Part shown: positions 30,719 through 40,990 of the stretch, piece by piece | Numbering within the stretch: position 1 is the stretch's first letter | Layout of the letters: every line of letters begins with the position of its first letter | NCBI GenBank assembly: GCA_044353195.1 | Contig: JBILCJ010000001.1 | Coordinates: forward strand, 9,213-73,212 | Source: Bacteroidia bacterium | GTDB lineage: Bacteria > Bacteroidota > Bacteroidia > B-17B0 > Aurantibacillaceae | Reading direction: 5' to 3' | DNA length: 64,000 nt | Program-made: the position numbers and the translations under genes | The notes under the pieces: model-generated | The model's input: the letters and a program-made list of their open reading frames with translations, nothing else | What the model was told of the DNA's origin: nothing | Databases searched by the model: none

Positions 30719-31762
30719 TTACAAGGTTGCCAAGTCTATTACAAAACGGTATTTTACATCTCCTGCTAACATGCGTTCAAACGCTGTATTGATATAATTC
30801 ATTTTAATTACCTCTACATCTGACACAATGTTATGTTCTGCGCAGTAGTCAAGCATTTCTTGAGTTTCTGGTAAACCACCAATCAAAGAGCCTGCTAAAC
30901 TTTTTCGTCCGCCAATTAAACTAAATGCCATTATTTGTGACGGTGTTGGTGGTGCACCAACACAAATCATAACGCCATTGGTATCAAGCATAGCTAAATA
31001 ATCGTTGTAGTTATGTTGTGCAGAAACAGTATCAATAATAAAATCAAATTTTCCCTTTAAGTGAATTAAATCTTCTGTGTTTTTAGTATTTGCAAAATGA
31101 TGGGCACCAAGCTTAAGTGCATCTTGTTCTTTATTTGCAGATGTACTCAACATCGTTACCTCTGCACCAAATGAAGAGGCAAATTTTACCGCCATATGTC
31201 CTAAGCCGCCTAAACCAACTACAGCTACTCTATGTCCTTTTCCAACTTTCCAATGACGCAATGGTGAGTAGGTAGTAATCCCAGCACACAATAATGGTGC
31301 AACGGCTTGCAACGGTAATTTATCTGAAATTCGTAAAACAAATGCTTCATCAACAACAATTAGTTTTGAGAAACCTCCATAGGTAAATCCACCTAATTGC
31401 TTGTCTTTACTATTATAGGTGCTTGTTGAGCCATTTCTGCAAAATTGTTCTAATCCCCTTTGGCAGTTGTCGCAATCTCTGCAAGAGTTTACTAAACAAC
31501 CTACACCAGCTAAATCTCCTACTTTAAACTTTTTAACATGCGCACCTACTTTTGTGACACGGCCCACGATTTCATGTCCTGGTACAACAGGAAAATTAGT
31601 TGATCCCCACTCATTGCGTACTTGATGTAAATCAGAGTGACACACGCCACAAAATAAAATATCAAATTGTACATCGTGTGGACCGACGTCTCTGCGGTTG
31701 AATTCAAAATCACTCAATGCTTCTCCGGCATTTTTAGCGGCATATCCTTTAGTTAATGACAT
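30719..31762 (-). CDS. Zinc-dependent NAD(P) alcohol dehydrogenase (cinnamyl-alcohol dehydrogenase/YahK-like)
   Basis: GVCHSDLH, GHEIVG, a structural-zinc Cys cluster (CRDCDNCQRGLEQFC) and a GLGGLGH Rossmann motif. Confidence 0.9.
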   Translation of the reverse strand: MSLTKGYAAKNAGEALSDFEFNRRDVGPHDVQFDILFCGVCHSDLHQVRNEWGSTNFPVVPGHEIVGRVTKVGAHVKKFKVGDLAGVGCLVNSCRDCDNCQRGLEQFCRNGSTSTYNSKDKQLGGFTYGGFSKLIVVDEAFVLRISDKLPLQAVAPLLCAGITTYSPLRHWKVGKGHRVAVVGLGGLGHMAVKFASSFGAEVTMLSTSANKEQDALKLGAHHFANTKNTEDLIHLKGKFDFIIDTVSAQHNYNDYLAMLDTNGVMICVGAPPTPSQIMAFSLIGGRKSLAGSLIGGLPETQEMLDYCAEHNIVSDVEVIKMNYINTAFERMLAGDVKYRFVIDLATL

Positions 31763-31850
31763 AGTATTATATTTTTTTATTGAAAATAAGTGAGTTAATG
31801 ATGTATGTAAAAGTACATTAAAAATGGATGCTAATTTTTTTATTAAATAA

Positions 31851-32813
31851 TTATTTCCAACGTTTCAAGCTCCATTGTATGTGTTGCATTTCATTCAAAA
31901 AAGTCCATGCAACCAGTCTACTTACTTTATTCCCTTGGGTCATCTGAATTGTTTTTACAGATACAACACCTGCTTTTTTTAAGGCCACATAAATGGCAAT
32001 TAAATGTTCGCTTTTAGAAACTAAAGACGTAAACCATAAACTACGTTCTTTGAATTCAATACTTTCAAAAATCATTCTTGTAATAAATCCAACCTCACCA
32101 CCTTTACACCATAGTTCGTTAGTTTGACCTCCAAAATTCAGGACAGGTTTTACTGTTTTTTTATAACCTAAATTTTTCCATTTCTTAGATGAACCAAATT
32201 GAGCTTCTTCTGCAGATGAATGAAATGGAGGGTTACATAGTGTGATATCAATTATTTCTGTTGGCTTAATGATTCCTTTAAAAATAGTCAATGCATTTGC
32301 TTGATGCCTGATATCAATAACGTTTGATAAATCATTTGCGCTTACAATTTGTGACGCTACTTTTACAGAAAAAGCATCGCTATCAGAACCAACAAAATAC
32401 CAACCATATTCTTTATGTCCAATTAATGGATATATACAATTAGCTCCAACACCAATATCTAAAACTCGAATGGATTTTCCTTTTGGAATAATTCCTCCGT
32501 TACTAGAACTGAGTAAGTCTGCTATATTATGAATATAATCAGCTCTTCCAGGAATGGGAGGGCATAAATAATTTTTTGGAATATCCCAATGTGTGATGCC
32601 GTAAAATCTTTGCAACAAAGCTTTATTGAGCATTTTTACAGCATCAGCATTTGTAAAATCAATGGTTTCAATTTTAAATTTATTAATTATTACAAATGAT
32701 TTTAGCTCAGGACAAACTTCTACTAATTCAGTAAAATTGTAACTGGCGTGATGTTTGTTTAGTGGATGCAATCCACTATTTTCATCTTTTTGTTTATTTA
32801 TTTTGCTATTCAA
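31851..32813 (-). CDS. rlmF: 23S rRNA (adenine1618-N6)-methyltransferase
   Basis: VLDIGVGANCIYP SAM motif and CNPPFH catalytic motif. 320 aa. Confidence 0.85.
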   Translation of the reverse strand: MNSKINKQKDENSGLHPLNKHHASYNFTELVEVCPELKSFVIINKFKIETIDFTNADAVKMLNKALLQRFYGITHWDIPKNYLCPPIPGRADYIHNIADLLSSSNGGIIPKGKSIRVLDIGVGANCIYPLIGHKEYGWYFVGSDSDAFSVKVASQIVSANDLSNVIDIRHQANALTIFKGIIKPTEIIDITLCNPPFHSSAEEAQFGSSKKWKNLGYKKTVKPVLNFGGQTNELWCKGGEVGFITRMIFESIEFKERSLWFTSLVSKSEHLIAIYVALKKAGVVSVKTIQMTQGNKVSRLVAWTFLNEMQHIQWSLKRWK

Positions 32814-32911
32814 ACAGTAGGTTTTTGAGAACGAAAGTAATAAAGATTATGATGAAAAGTTCTCAAAAAATAAATTATAAGCTTACATTTATACTTTAAA
32901 ATAAACACGCC

Positions 32912-34363
32912 ATGAACGAAGCCATTAGAAAACTAGAACCCACTGTGATGTGGAATAAATTTGCAGATTTAAATGCTGTGCCACGTCCTTCAAAAAAAGA
33001 AGAACGCGTTATTCAATTTATAAAGTCATTTGGCGAAACATTAAACTTACCCACGTATGTTGACGAAGTAGGGAATGTAATTATTAAAAAACCAGCTACT
33101 AAAGGAATGGAAGATAGAGTAACCATTGTGTTGCAAAGTCATTTAGATATGGTGCATCAAAAAAATGCAGCAACTAACTTTGATTTTAATACACAAGGTA
33201 TTGAAATGTTTGTTGAAGGAGATTGGGTAAAAGCTAACGGTACCACGCTTGGCGCTGATAATGGAATTGGTGTTGCATCCATCATGGCGTTGTTAGAATC
33301 AACAACTATTCCACATCCTGCGTTAGAAGCTCTATTTACAATTGACGAAGAAACAGGAATGACAGGCGCTTTGGCATTGAAAGGTGGATTGTTAGACGGT
33401 AGTATCATGTTGAATTTGGATACAGAAGACGATGATGAATTAACCATTGGTTGTGCTGGAGGTGTTGATATTACTGCTACTGGAACGTATACTAGTGAGG
33501 CTACCAAACATAACATGGCTTATAAAATTTCGGTAAAAGGTTTAACGGGTGGACATTCAGGAATGGATATTCATCGCGGAAGAGGAAATGCAAATAAAAT
33601 CATGAATCGTTTATTATTAAACTTAACACGTGATTTAACTATTGAGATTGCCTCTATTGATGGTGGCAGTTTAAGAAACGCAATCCCTCGCGAATCTGTT
33701 TCAGTTATAACTGTAGGCGATGCAAATAATTTGAAAAAAAGTATTCAAGAATTTGAGAGTATTATTCAAGCTGAATACAAAACAACGGATCCTAATGTAA
33801 TTATTACCATTGATGAAACTGAAGTTCCAACACAAGTAGTGTCTGCAGATTTTCAGTATAAATTATTACGCAGTATTTACGCATGTCCTTTTGGTATATA
33901 TCGCATGAGTTCTGATATTGCAGGCTTAGTCCAAACTTCAAACAATGTGGCACGTGTGATTGTAAAAGATGGAGCCTATCAAATTCAATGTTTAACACGT
34001 AGTTCAGTGGATAGTGAGAAGTTAGATTTACAACATGCAATTACCTCTGCATTTGAATTGATGGGAGCTAATATTATTGCGGCAGGATCTTATCCAGGCT
34101 GGACTCCTAAACCATCTGCACCCATTGTGAAATTAATGAGCGATTTGTATAAAGAACGTTATCATTCTGAAGCAAAAGTAAGTGCTTGCCATGCAGGTTT
34201 AGAATGTGGAATTTTAGGAACAAATTATCCCGACATGCAAATGATTTCTTTTGGGCCAAATATTAAAGGCGCTCATTCACCTGATGAAAGAGCTCAAATA
34301 AGTTCAGTACAAAAATATTGGGGTTTTTTATTAGAAACATTAGTTCGAATTCCAAAAAAATAA
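32912..34363 (+). CDS. pepD: Aminoacyl-histidine dipeptidase (M20 family)
   Basis: 483 aa. LQSHLDMV, GADNGIGVA and FTIDEETGMTGA are M20C motifs. Confidence 0.9.
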   Translation: MNEAIRKLEPTVMWNKFADLNAVPRPSKKEERVIQFIKSFGETLNLPTYVDEVGNVIIKKPATKGMEDRVTIVLQSHLDMVHQKNAATNFDFNTQGIEMFVEGDWVKANGTTLGADNGIGVASIMALLESTTIPHPALEALFTIDEETGMTGALALKGGLLDGSIMLNLDTEDDDELTIGCAGGVDITATGTYTSEATKHNMAYKISVKGLTGGHSGMDIHRGRGNANKIMNRLLLNLTRDLTIEIASIDGGSLRNAIPRESVSVITVGDANNLKKSIQEFESIIQAEYKTTDPNVIITIDETEVPTQVVSADFQYKLLRSIYACPFGIYRMSSDIAGLVQTSNNVARVIVKDGAYQIQCLTRSSVDSEKLDLQHAITSAFELMGANIIAAGSYPGWTPKPSAPIVKLMSDLYKERYHSEAKVSACHAGLECGILGTNYPDMQMISFGPNIKGAHSPDERAQISSVQKYWGFLLETLVRIPKK

Positions 34364-34375
34364 ATTTACTATAGC

Positions 34376-34963
34376 ATGATAGCAATTAATCATACATTAA
34401 TTTCTGAAGATATTTTTGACAAAAAATTTGTGTGCGACTTAACTGCTTGTAAGGGCGCTTGTTGTGTTGCAGGAGATAGTGGAGCACCATTAAGTAAGAA
34501 AGAATTGAAGCTGTTGGATAAAGTGTATCCAATTGCAAAGCCATACATGAATGAAAAAGGTATAGCGGCAGTTGAAAAGCAAGGAACGTATGTTTTAGAT
34601 TCGGATGGAGATTATACAACCACTTTAGTGAGTGATGGCGAAGAGTGTGCTTTTGTATTTTTTGATTCAAATAATATTGCTAAGTGTTCGATTGAACAGG
34701 CTTATTTGGATGGCAAAACAGATTGGAAAAAACCAATTTCTTGTCATTTATATCCAATTCGTATAACAGAGTATAAAGAGTACGATGCGGTAAATTACCA
34801 TAATTGGCATATCTGTAAACCAGCTTGTGAATGTGGAAGTGCATTAAATGTGCCTGTGTTTAAATTTTTAAAAGAACCTTTAATTAGAAAATATGGCGAC
34901 GATTGGTTTACCGAGTTAGAGGCCGTTTATGAAGTCTACGCTAAGAAATCGAAAGGGAAATAA
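34376..34963 (+). CDS. DUF3109 family Cys-rich protein
   Basis: CKGACCV and further conserved Cys residues. 195 aa, a typical Bacteroidota DUF3109 layout. Confidence 0.7.
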   Translation: MIAINHTLISEDIFDKKFVCDLTACKGACCVAGDSGAPLSKKELKLLDKVYPIAKPYMNEKGIAAVEKQGTYVLDSDGDYTTTLVSDGEECAFVFFDSNNIAKCSIEQAYLDGKTDWKKPISCHLYPIRITEYKEYDAVNYHNWHICKPACECGSALNVPVFKFLKEPLIRKYGDDWFTELEAVYEVYAKKSKGK

Positions 34964-35037
34964 AGGTAGTTTTCAGTTTTTCTTAATTTTGTAAAAAACT
35001 AAATAAAACGTATATTTGTTTCATAAAATTTAAAATC

Positions 35038-35214
35038 ATGACACACTTAATATTAGGCATGGGTACCCAAGAAATTATAATTATTTTAGTTATAGTTTTA
35101 TTAATGTTTGGAGGAAAGAAAATTCCAGAATTAATGAAAGGTTTAGGAAAAGGAATGAAAGAATTTAAAGATGCTTCTAAAGGCGAAAGCACTTCAGAAG
35201 GCGAGAATAAATAA
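35038..35214 (+). CDS. tatA: Twin-arginine translocase subunit TatA/E (58 aa, absent from the supplied ORF track)
   Basis: Hand translation gives [58 protein letters not shown]. It has a TM helix followed by the FGxKK(I/L)PEL hinge and an amphipathic helix. Confidence 0.85.
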   Translation: MTHLILGMGTQEIIIILVIVLLMFGGKKIPELMKGLGKGMKEFKDASKGESTSEGENK

Positions 35215-35285
35215 TTAAAAAAAATCACAAAAAAATAAGCGTCTTTCAAACTGATTGACGCTTTTATTATTTAATATAAATAACA

Positions 35286-36704
35286 GTGTATACATTTTCA
35301 ACCATACAAAATCTTCAAACAGATTTAATCGCTGGTAACATCACCTGCGTTCAATTAGTTGAAGATTCTATTAAAACCATTGAATCCAAAAAACATTTAA
35401 ATGCATTTTTAGAAGTGTTTCATATTTCAGCAATGGAGCAAGCGAAGCGTGTAGACGAAAAAATAAAATTAAAAACACAAGGAAAATTAGCAGGAGTAAT
35501 TGTTGGTTTAAAAGATAACATTTGTTATAAAGGTCATAAGGTTTCAGCTTCTTCAAAAATTTTAGAAGGTTTTGAATCACTTTATTCTTCAACAGTTGTA
35601 GAGCGTTTATTAAATGAAGATGCTATTATCATTGGTCGTTTAAATTGCGATGAATTTGCAATGGGCAGCAGTAATGAAAATTCGGCTTACGGAAAAGTAT
35701 TAAATCCATTAAATGAAAAAACAGTTCCAGGTGGTTCATCAGGAGGAACAGCAGCAGCAGTTGCAGCAAATTTATGTCACGTTGCCTTGGGTTCAGATAC
35801 AGGTGGCTCTATTCGTCAGCCAGCTTCGTTTACAGGAACAGTTGGATTAAAACCTACATACGGTAGAGTATCGCGTTGGGGCTTAATTGCATACGGTTCT
35901 TCATTTGATCAAATTGGGCCAATAACAAAAACCGTAGATGATGCCGCTTTATTATTGCAAGTAACAGCAGGTGCTGATGAATTTGATACAACAGCTTCTC
36001 AAAAAGAGGTTGAAAATTATTCAGAAGGATTAGGCCAAACTAAAAAATATAAAATCGCTTATTTAAAAGAATGTGTTGAGGCAAATGGTTTAGATGCTGA
36101 GGTTAAACAAAAAACATTAGATACTTTAGAAAAATTAAAAAATGATGGCCACACAATTGCATCAGTTGATTTTCCGTATTTAGAATTTTTAGTACCAACT
36201 TATTATGTTATTACAACGGCTGAAGCATCATCTAATTTATCACGTTTTGACGGCGTTCATTTTGGTTATAGAAGTCCAAATGCGACTGATTTAGAAAGCA
36301 CTTATAAAAAATCACGCAGTGAAGGTTTCGGTAAAGAAGTAAAGCGCCGTATCATGTTAGGTACTTTTGTATTAAGCGCTGGTTATTATGATGCGTATTA
36401 TAGTAAAGCACAAAAAGTAAGAAATAAAATTCGTCAAAAAACACGAGAAATTTTATCTGAGTACGATTTCATTGTAACACCTTCAACTCCCGGAACAGCT
36501 TTTGAGTTTGGCAAAAACAGTGCCGATCCAATCAAAATGTATTTAGAAGATATATTTACTGTGCAAGCAAATATTGTTGGTTGTCCTGCTATTTCAGTGC
36601 CAAACGGACTTCATAGTAATGGCTTACCAATAGGTATACAAATAATGGGAAGAGATTTTGAAGAAGCAGATTTATTTAACATCGCAAAACAAATGATGCA
36701 TTAA
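35286..36704 (+). CDS. gatA: Asp/Glu-tRNA amidotransferase subunit A
   Basis: Amidase signature GGSSGGTAAAVAA...GSDTGGSIRQPA. 472 aa with a GTG start. Confidence 0.93.
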   Translation: MYTFSTIQNLQTDLIAGNITCVQLVEDSIKTIESKKHLNAFLEVFHISAMEQAKRVDEKIKLKTQGKLAGVIVGLKDNICYKGHKVSASSKILEGFESLYSSTVVERLLNEDAIIIGRLNCDEFAMGSSNENSAYGKVLNPLNEKTVPGGSSGGTAAAVAANLCHVALGSDTGGSIRQPASFTGTVGLKPTYGRVSRWGLIAYGSSFDQIGPITKTVDDAALLLQVTAGADEFDTTASQKEVENYSEGLGQTKKYKIAYLKECVEANGLDAEVKQKTLDTLEKLKNDGHTIASVDFPYLEFLVPTYYVITTAEASSNLSRFDGVHFGYRSPNATDLESTYKKSRSEGFGKEVKRRIMLGTFVLSAGYYDAYYSKAQKVRNKIRQKTREILSEYDFIVTPSTPGTAFEFGKNSADPIKMYLEDIFTVQANIVGCPAISVPNGLHSNGLPIGIQIMGRDFEEADLFNIAKQMMH

Positions 36705-36778
36705 TGTGTTTTTAGTTTAAACGATTCACCCTCCTAATATTAATTTTTTTTAGATGTTAGGTAATAAAAAAAACAAAC

Positions 36779-37870
36779 ATGGAAATTACAATTGATAGCG
36801 TTATTGACGCTCTAAAATATGTAGACGATCCAGATCTTAAAAAAGATTTAGTGACTCTTGGAATGATAAAAGATGTTGCGGTAGATGGTAAGAATGTTTT
36901 ATTTACTGTTGTATTAACAACCCCTGCATGTCCAATGAAAGACATGATTCACAACGCTTGTGTGAATGCAATAAAATTTTATGTTGATAAAGAGGCCATT
37001 GTTAATGTAACTATGACATCTAACGTTACATCAACGCGTAGTACAGATAATTCAACATTATCTAAAATTAAAAATATTATCGCCGTTGCCTCTGGTAAAG
37101 GTGGAGTAGGGAAGTCAACAGTTTCAGCAAACTTAGCAGTAGCATTAGCAAAGCAAGGTGCAAAAGTTGGTTTGGTTGATGCAGATATTTATGGTCCGTC
37201 GCAAACCATTATGTTTGATGTACAGAATGATATGCCAGCCAAATCAGAATTTGATGGTAAACCAAAAATGGCTCCAGTTGAAAGTTATGGGGTTAAATTA
37301 AATTCAGTTGGATTTTTAGCAGGCCCAGATCAGGTTATTGCATTGCGTGGCCCAATGGCATCTAAAGCATTAACACAATTGTTTATGGATACGAATTGGG
37401 GAGAATTAGATTATTTAATTATTGATTTACCTCCTGGTACAGGCGATATACAAATTACATTGTGTAGCACCATTCCAATTACAGGTGCAGTTGTTGTAAG
37501 TACTCCGCAAGCTGTAGCATTAGCGGATGCTCGAAAAGGAATTGCATTATTTAAATTGCCAGCTCTTAATGTCCCTGTTTTAGGTATTGTTGAGAACATG
37601 GCTTATTTTACGCCTGAAGAATTGCCTGAAAATAAATATTATATTTTTGGAAAAGATGGTGCAAAAAATTTAGCAGAAGAAATGAATTTACCTTTACTTG
37701 GTCAAATTCCTTTAGTACAAAGCATCAGAGAATCAGGAGATATTGGGCGACCAGCCGTTTTACAAGAAACAACTCCGCAAGCCTTGGCGTTTAGAGAAAT
37801 GGCGCAAAACATTGCGCAGCAAGTGGCTATTTTAAATGCCAATAAAATGAAAGAGTCTGTAACTTCTTAA
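36779..37870 (+). CDS. apbC: Mrp/NBP35 (ApbC) iron-sulfur cluster carrier ATPase
   Basis: N-terminal DUF59-like domain, deviant Walker A ASGKGGVGKST, and a CPxC-type motif (TPACPMK). Confidence 0.9.
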   Translation: MEITIDSVIDALKYVDDPDLKKDLVTLGMIKDVAVDGKNVLFTVVLTTPACPMKDMIHNACVNAIKFYVDKEAIVNVTMTSNVTSTRSTDNSTLSKIKNIIAVASGKGGVGKSTVSANLAVALAKQGAKVGLVDADIYGPSQTIMFDVQNDMPAKSEFDGKPKMAPVESYGVKLNSVGFLAGPDQVIALRGPMASKALTQLFMDTNWGELDYLIIDLPPGTGDIQITLCSTIPITGAVVVSTPQAVALADARKGIALFKLPALNVPVLGIVENMAYFTPEELPENKYYIFGKDGAKNLAEEMNLPLLGQIPLVQSIRESGDIGRPAVLQETTPQALAFREMAQNIAQQVAILNANKMKESVTS

Positions 37871-37880
37871 TGGAATAAAA

Positions 37881-37922
37881 AAACGTTTGAACGAAAGATT
37901 TATCGCTTGAGTTCAAACGTTT
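37881..37922 (-). terminator. Hairpin overlapping the 3' end of the acylphosphatase gene
   Basis: 12-bp perfect stem 37881-37892/37911-37922 with an 18-nt loop containing the stop codon. Only a short 4-nt T-run (TTTT) follows on the minus strand. Confidence 0.5.
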
Positions 37923-38187
37923 GTAAATCTTTCAGTGGTTGTTCTTCAGAAATGACTTCAGTTACTTTTGATAAAGGAGAACCAACATAACACCAGTCGA
38001 TAAATGTATTGACATTTTCTTCTTCGCCTTCCACTTCAATATACACATCACCGTTGTGTAAATTTTTGACTAAACCAGTAAGATTTAATTTCATTGCTTT
38101 AGATTGCGCAAACACGCGGTAATTGACACGTTGAACTTTTCCTTTTACAAGAATAGTATAATGTCTAAGTGTTTTTATTTTTTTCAT
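37900..38187 (-). CDS. acyP: Acylphosphatase
   Basis: 95 aa. VKGKVQRVNYRVFA matches the GxVQGVxFR-type motif. Confidence 0.8.
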   Translation of the reverse strand: MKKIKTLRHYTILVKGKVQRVNYRVFAQSKAMKLNLTGLVKNLHNGDVYIEVEGEEENVNTFIDWCYVGSPLSKVTEVISEEQPLKDLQTFELKR

Positions 38188-38201
38188 TTACGCAATGATG
38201 C

Positions 38202-39188
38202 TTATTTATTAAGCGTTTCTAAATTGCGATGTTCTGTTTTATTCAGTTCTTCTTTACTTAATGATTTAAAATAATCGTAAGTTATTTTCAAACCTTCAGC
38301 TCTGTTTACCTTAGGATTCCAACCTAATAATTGTTGCGCCTTTGTAATATCAGGTTTTCTTTGTTTAGGATCATCTTTTGGCAGGTCCAATGAAATTAAT
38401 TTTTGATTAGAACCTGTTAGTTTTAAAATTTCATCAGCAAAATCTTTTATAGAAATTTCATCAGGGTTTCCGATGTTTACTGGCAAATGATAATCACTCA
38501 TTAGTAAACGATAAATACCTTCTACCAAATCATCTACAAAACAAAAGCTACGAGTTTGACTTCCGTCTCCAAACATAGTTAAATCTTCTCCACGAAGCGC
38601 TTGACCTATAAATGCTGGTAATACGCGCCCATCATTTAATCTCATTTTTGGTCCGTATGTATTAAAGATACGAATGATACGAGTTTCTAACCCATGCGTT
38701 TCGTGATAAGCCATTGTTAAGGCTTCCATGAAACGTTTTGCTTCATCGTAACAACCACGTGGTCCTACAGGATTTACATTTCCCCAATATTCTTCTGTTT
38801 GAGGATGTACCGCAGGATCTCCATATACTTCACTTGTTGAGGCAACTAATACTCGTGCTTTTTTAACTCTAGCAAAACCTAGTACGTTGTGTGTTCCCAA
38901 GGATGAAACTTTTAACGTTTGAATTGGAATTTTTAAATAATCAATTGGACTTGCAGGTGATGCAAAATGTAAAATGTAATCGATGTTTCCAGGTACGTGA
39001 ATAAATTTAGAAACATCATGATGGTAAAATTCAAATTGAGGAAGTTTAAAAAGATGCTCAATATTTTTCAAATCACCTGTAACCAGGTTATCCATAGCCA
39101 CAACGCTCATTCCTTCTTTGATAAATCGATCACATAAATGTGAACCTAAAAATCCTGCTGCTCCTGTTATTAAAATTCTTTTTTGCAT
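38202..39188 (-). CDS. uxs: UDP-glucuronate decarboxylase (UDP-xylose synthase family)
   Basis: GAAGFLGSH Rossmann motif, YDEAKR catalytic motif, extended SDR. 328 aa. Confidence 0.88.
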   Translation of the reverse strand: MQKRILITGAAGFLGSHLCDRFIKEGMSVVAMDNLVTGDLKNIEHLFKLPQFEFYHHDVSKFIHVPGNIDYILHFASPASPIDYLKIPIQTLKVSSLGTHNVLGFARVKKARVLVASTSEVYGDPAVHPQTEEYWGNVNPVGPRGCYDEAKRFMEALTMAYHETHGLETRIIRIFNTYGPKMRLNDGRVLPAFIGQALRGEDLTMFGDGSQTRSFCFVDDLVEGIYRLLMSDYHLPVNIGNPDEISIKDFADEILKLTGSNQKLISLDLPKDDPKQRKPDITKAQQLLGWNPKVNRAEGLKITYDYFKSLSKEELNKTEHRNLETLNK

Positions 39189-39230
39189 AAGTGTATCAAC
39201 CTAATTTGTTTAATTGTTATTTCTAATTTA

Positions 39231-40553
39231 TTAATTCGTATTGATTCCAACACAGTAATAATTGTAACCAAGTTTTTTCATGTCTTGAAAATCGAAAATA
39301 TTTCTACCGTCAAATAATGTTTTTTCATTTAAACGTTTTCCTATTTCTTCAAAATCAGGAACTCTAAATTCTGGCCACTCAGTTACAATTAGTAACGCAT
39401 CTGCATTATTTAAGCTATCATACATATCTAACGAATACGAAATTGTATCACCAATCATACGCTGTGCTTCGTGCATAGCAACTGGATCATATGCAACAAC
39501 AGTGGCTCCTTCTTTTAATAATTTTTCAATGATGACTAAAGATGGTGCTTCGCGCATGTCATCTGTTTTTGGTTTAAATGATAATCCCCATAGTGCAAAT
39601 TTCTTTCCTTTTAAATCTCCCTTAAAATGATTTTTTACTTTATTGAAAAGAACTTCTTTTTGATTTTCATTGACTTCTTCCACAGCTGTTAAAACACGCA
39701 TGTTGTATTTATTTTCGTTAGCCGTTTTAATTAAAGCTTTTACATCTTTTGGAAAACAACTTCCTCCATAACCAACACCTGGATAAATAAATTTAGTTCC
39801 GATGCGTGTATCACTTCCAATTCCTTTACGAACCATGTTGACATCAGCACCCATGATTTCGCAAAGATTTGCAATGTCATTCATGAAACTAATTTTAGTT
39901 GCAAGCATTGCATTTGCTGCATACTTAGTCATTTCGGCTGATGGAATATCCATAAAATAAATGGGATGACCATTCATTAAAAAAGGTTTATACAGCTTTC
40001 TGATTAGTTCTTCAGCTTTTGGATTATCAACACCAACAACAATTCTGTCAGGCTTCATAAAATCTTCGATAGCAGCACCTTCTTTTAAAAATTCTGGATT
40101 TGATGCAACATATATTTCTAAATCTGATTTTCTTTTTAGTAATTCTTCTTTTAACGCACCTCTCACTTTTTCTGCTGTTCCAACAGGCACTGTACTTTTA
40201 GTTACAACCACCATTGGATGTTGAGCATGTTTCCCGATACTAGAAGCAACAGCTAATACATATTTTAAATCAGCCGAACCATCTTCATCTGGTGGAGTTC
40301 CAACGGCGATAAAAACAACTTCAGCACCTTGTATTGCTTCAGCTAAGTTGGTTGAAAAATGTAAACGTTTTTTTTCCACATTACGACTTACCATTTCATC
40401 TAAACCTGGCTCGTAAATTGGTAAAATACCTTTATGTAAATTATCTATTTTATTTTGATCAATATCAATACATGTTACATTCATCCCAACTTCTGCAAAG
40501 CATGTACCTGTTACTAATCCTACGTATCCTGTTCCTACAATAGCTATTTTCAT
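39231..40553 (-). CDS. ugd: UDP-glucose 6-dehydrogenase
   Basis: GTGYVGLV N-terminus and catalytic GGSCFPKD. 440 aa. Confidence 0.93.
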   Translation of the reverse strand: MKIAIVGTGYVGLVTGTCFAEVGMNVTCIDIDQNKIDNLHKGILPIYEPGLDEMVSRNVEKKRLHFSTNLAEAIQGAEVVFIAVGTPPDEDGSADLKYVLAVASSIGKHAQHPMVVVTKSTVPVGTAEKVRGALKEELLKRKSDLEIYVASNPEFLKEGAAIEDFMKPDRIVVGVDNPKAEELIRKLYKPFLMNGHPIYFMDIPSAEMTKYAANAMLATKISFMNDIANLCEIMGADVNMVRKGIGSDTRIGTKFIYPGVGYGGSCFPKDVKALIKTANENKYNMRVLTAVEEVNENQKEVLFNKVKNHFKGDLKGKKFALWGLSFKPKTDDMREAPSLVIIEKLLKEGATVVAYDPVAMHEAQRMIGDTISYSLDMYDSLNNADALLIVTEWPEFRVPDFEEIGKRLNEKTLFDGRNIFDFQDMKKLGYNYYCVGINTN

Positions 40554-40596
40554 ATATTCAATTAGTTAATTTGACAATGAGTTTATGTGACTATGC

Positions 40597-40977
40597 TCAC
40601 GAGACAATAATTGCCGTTTTATTTTTTAAATTGTTTTTAGTTGATGATATAATCTTTGATAATATCTTTATAATAATTTGTAATTTCTCTTTTAACTCAC
40701 TTGTCGGGTATGATTTAGATTGCTCACAAATGGTTAGCCAATACATAGTTTCATCCGCCTCTTTATGTGCAATTTTTAATTTATGAATAAAATCAGATTT
40801 ACTTTCTGCATTTTGTGCTTCATGCACATTGGCACCAATTGATGTCCCTGATTTTAATAATTGATTAGCTACAACAAATTTCCTTTTACTTTCTAGAAGT
40901 TCAACAAAAGATATCACCTCAATAGAAAATTCTATAGTCAATTTTAATATAGGGTTATCTTTTTGTTCCATTGTCAA
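40597..40977 (-). CDS. Four-helix-bundle protein (23S rRNA intervening-sequence protein family)
   Basis: LLKSGTSIGANVHEAQNAES..FIHKLKIAHKEADETMYWL is the family signature. The start may be the ATG at 40971. Confidence 0.8.
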   Translation of the reverse strand: MTMEQKDNPILKLTIEFSIEVISFVELLESKRKFVVANQLLKSGTSIGANVHEAQNAESKSDFIHKLKIAHKEADETMYWLTICEQSKSYPTSELKEKLQIIIKILSKIISSTKNNLKNKTAIIVS

Positions 40978-40990
40978 ATAGTCATATTGA

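Noticed and set aside
33157-33516. 119-aa minus-strand ORF
   Set aside because: It lies wholly inside, and antisense to, the well-supported pepD gene.
34983-35249. 88-aa minus-strand ORF
   Set aside because: It is antisense to a convincing tatA gene. The product is low-complexity with no motif.
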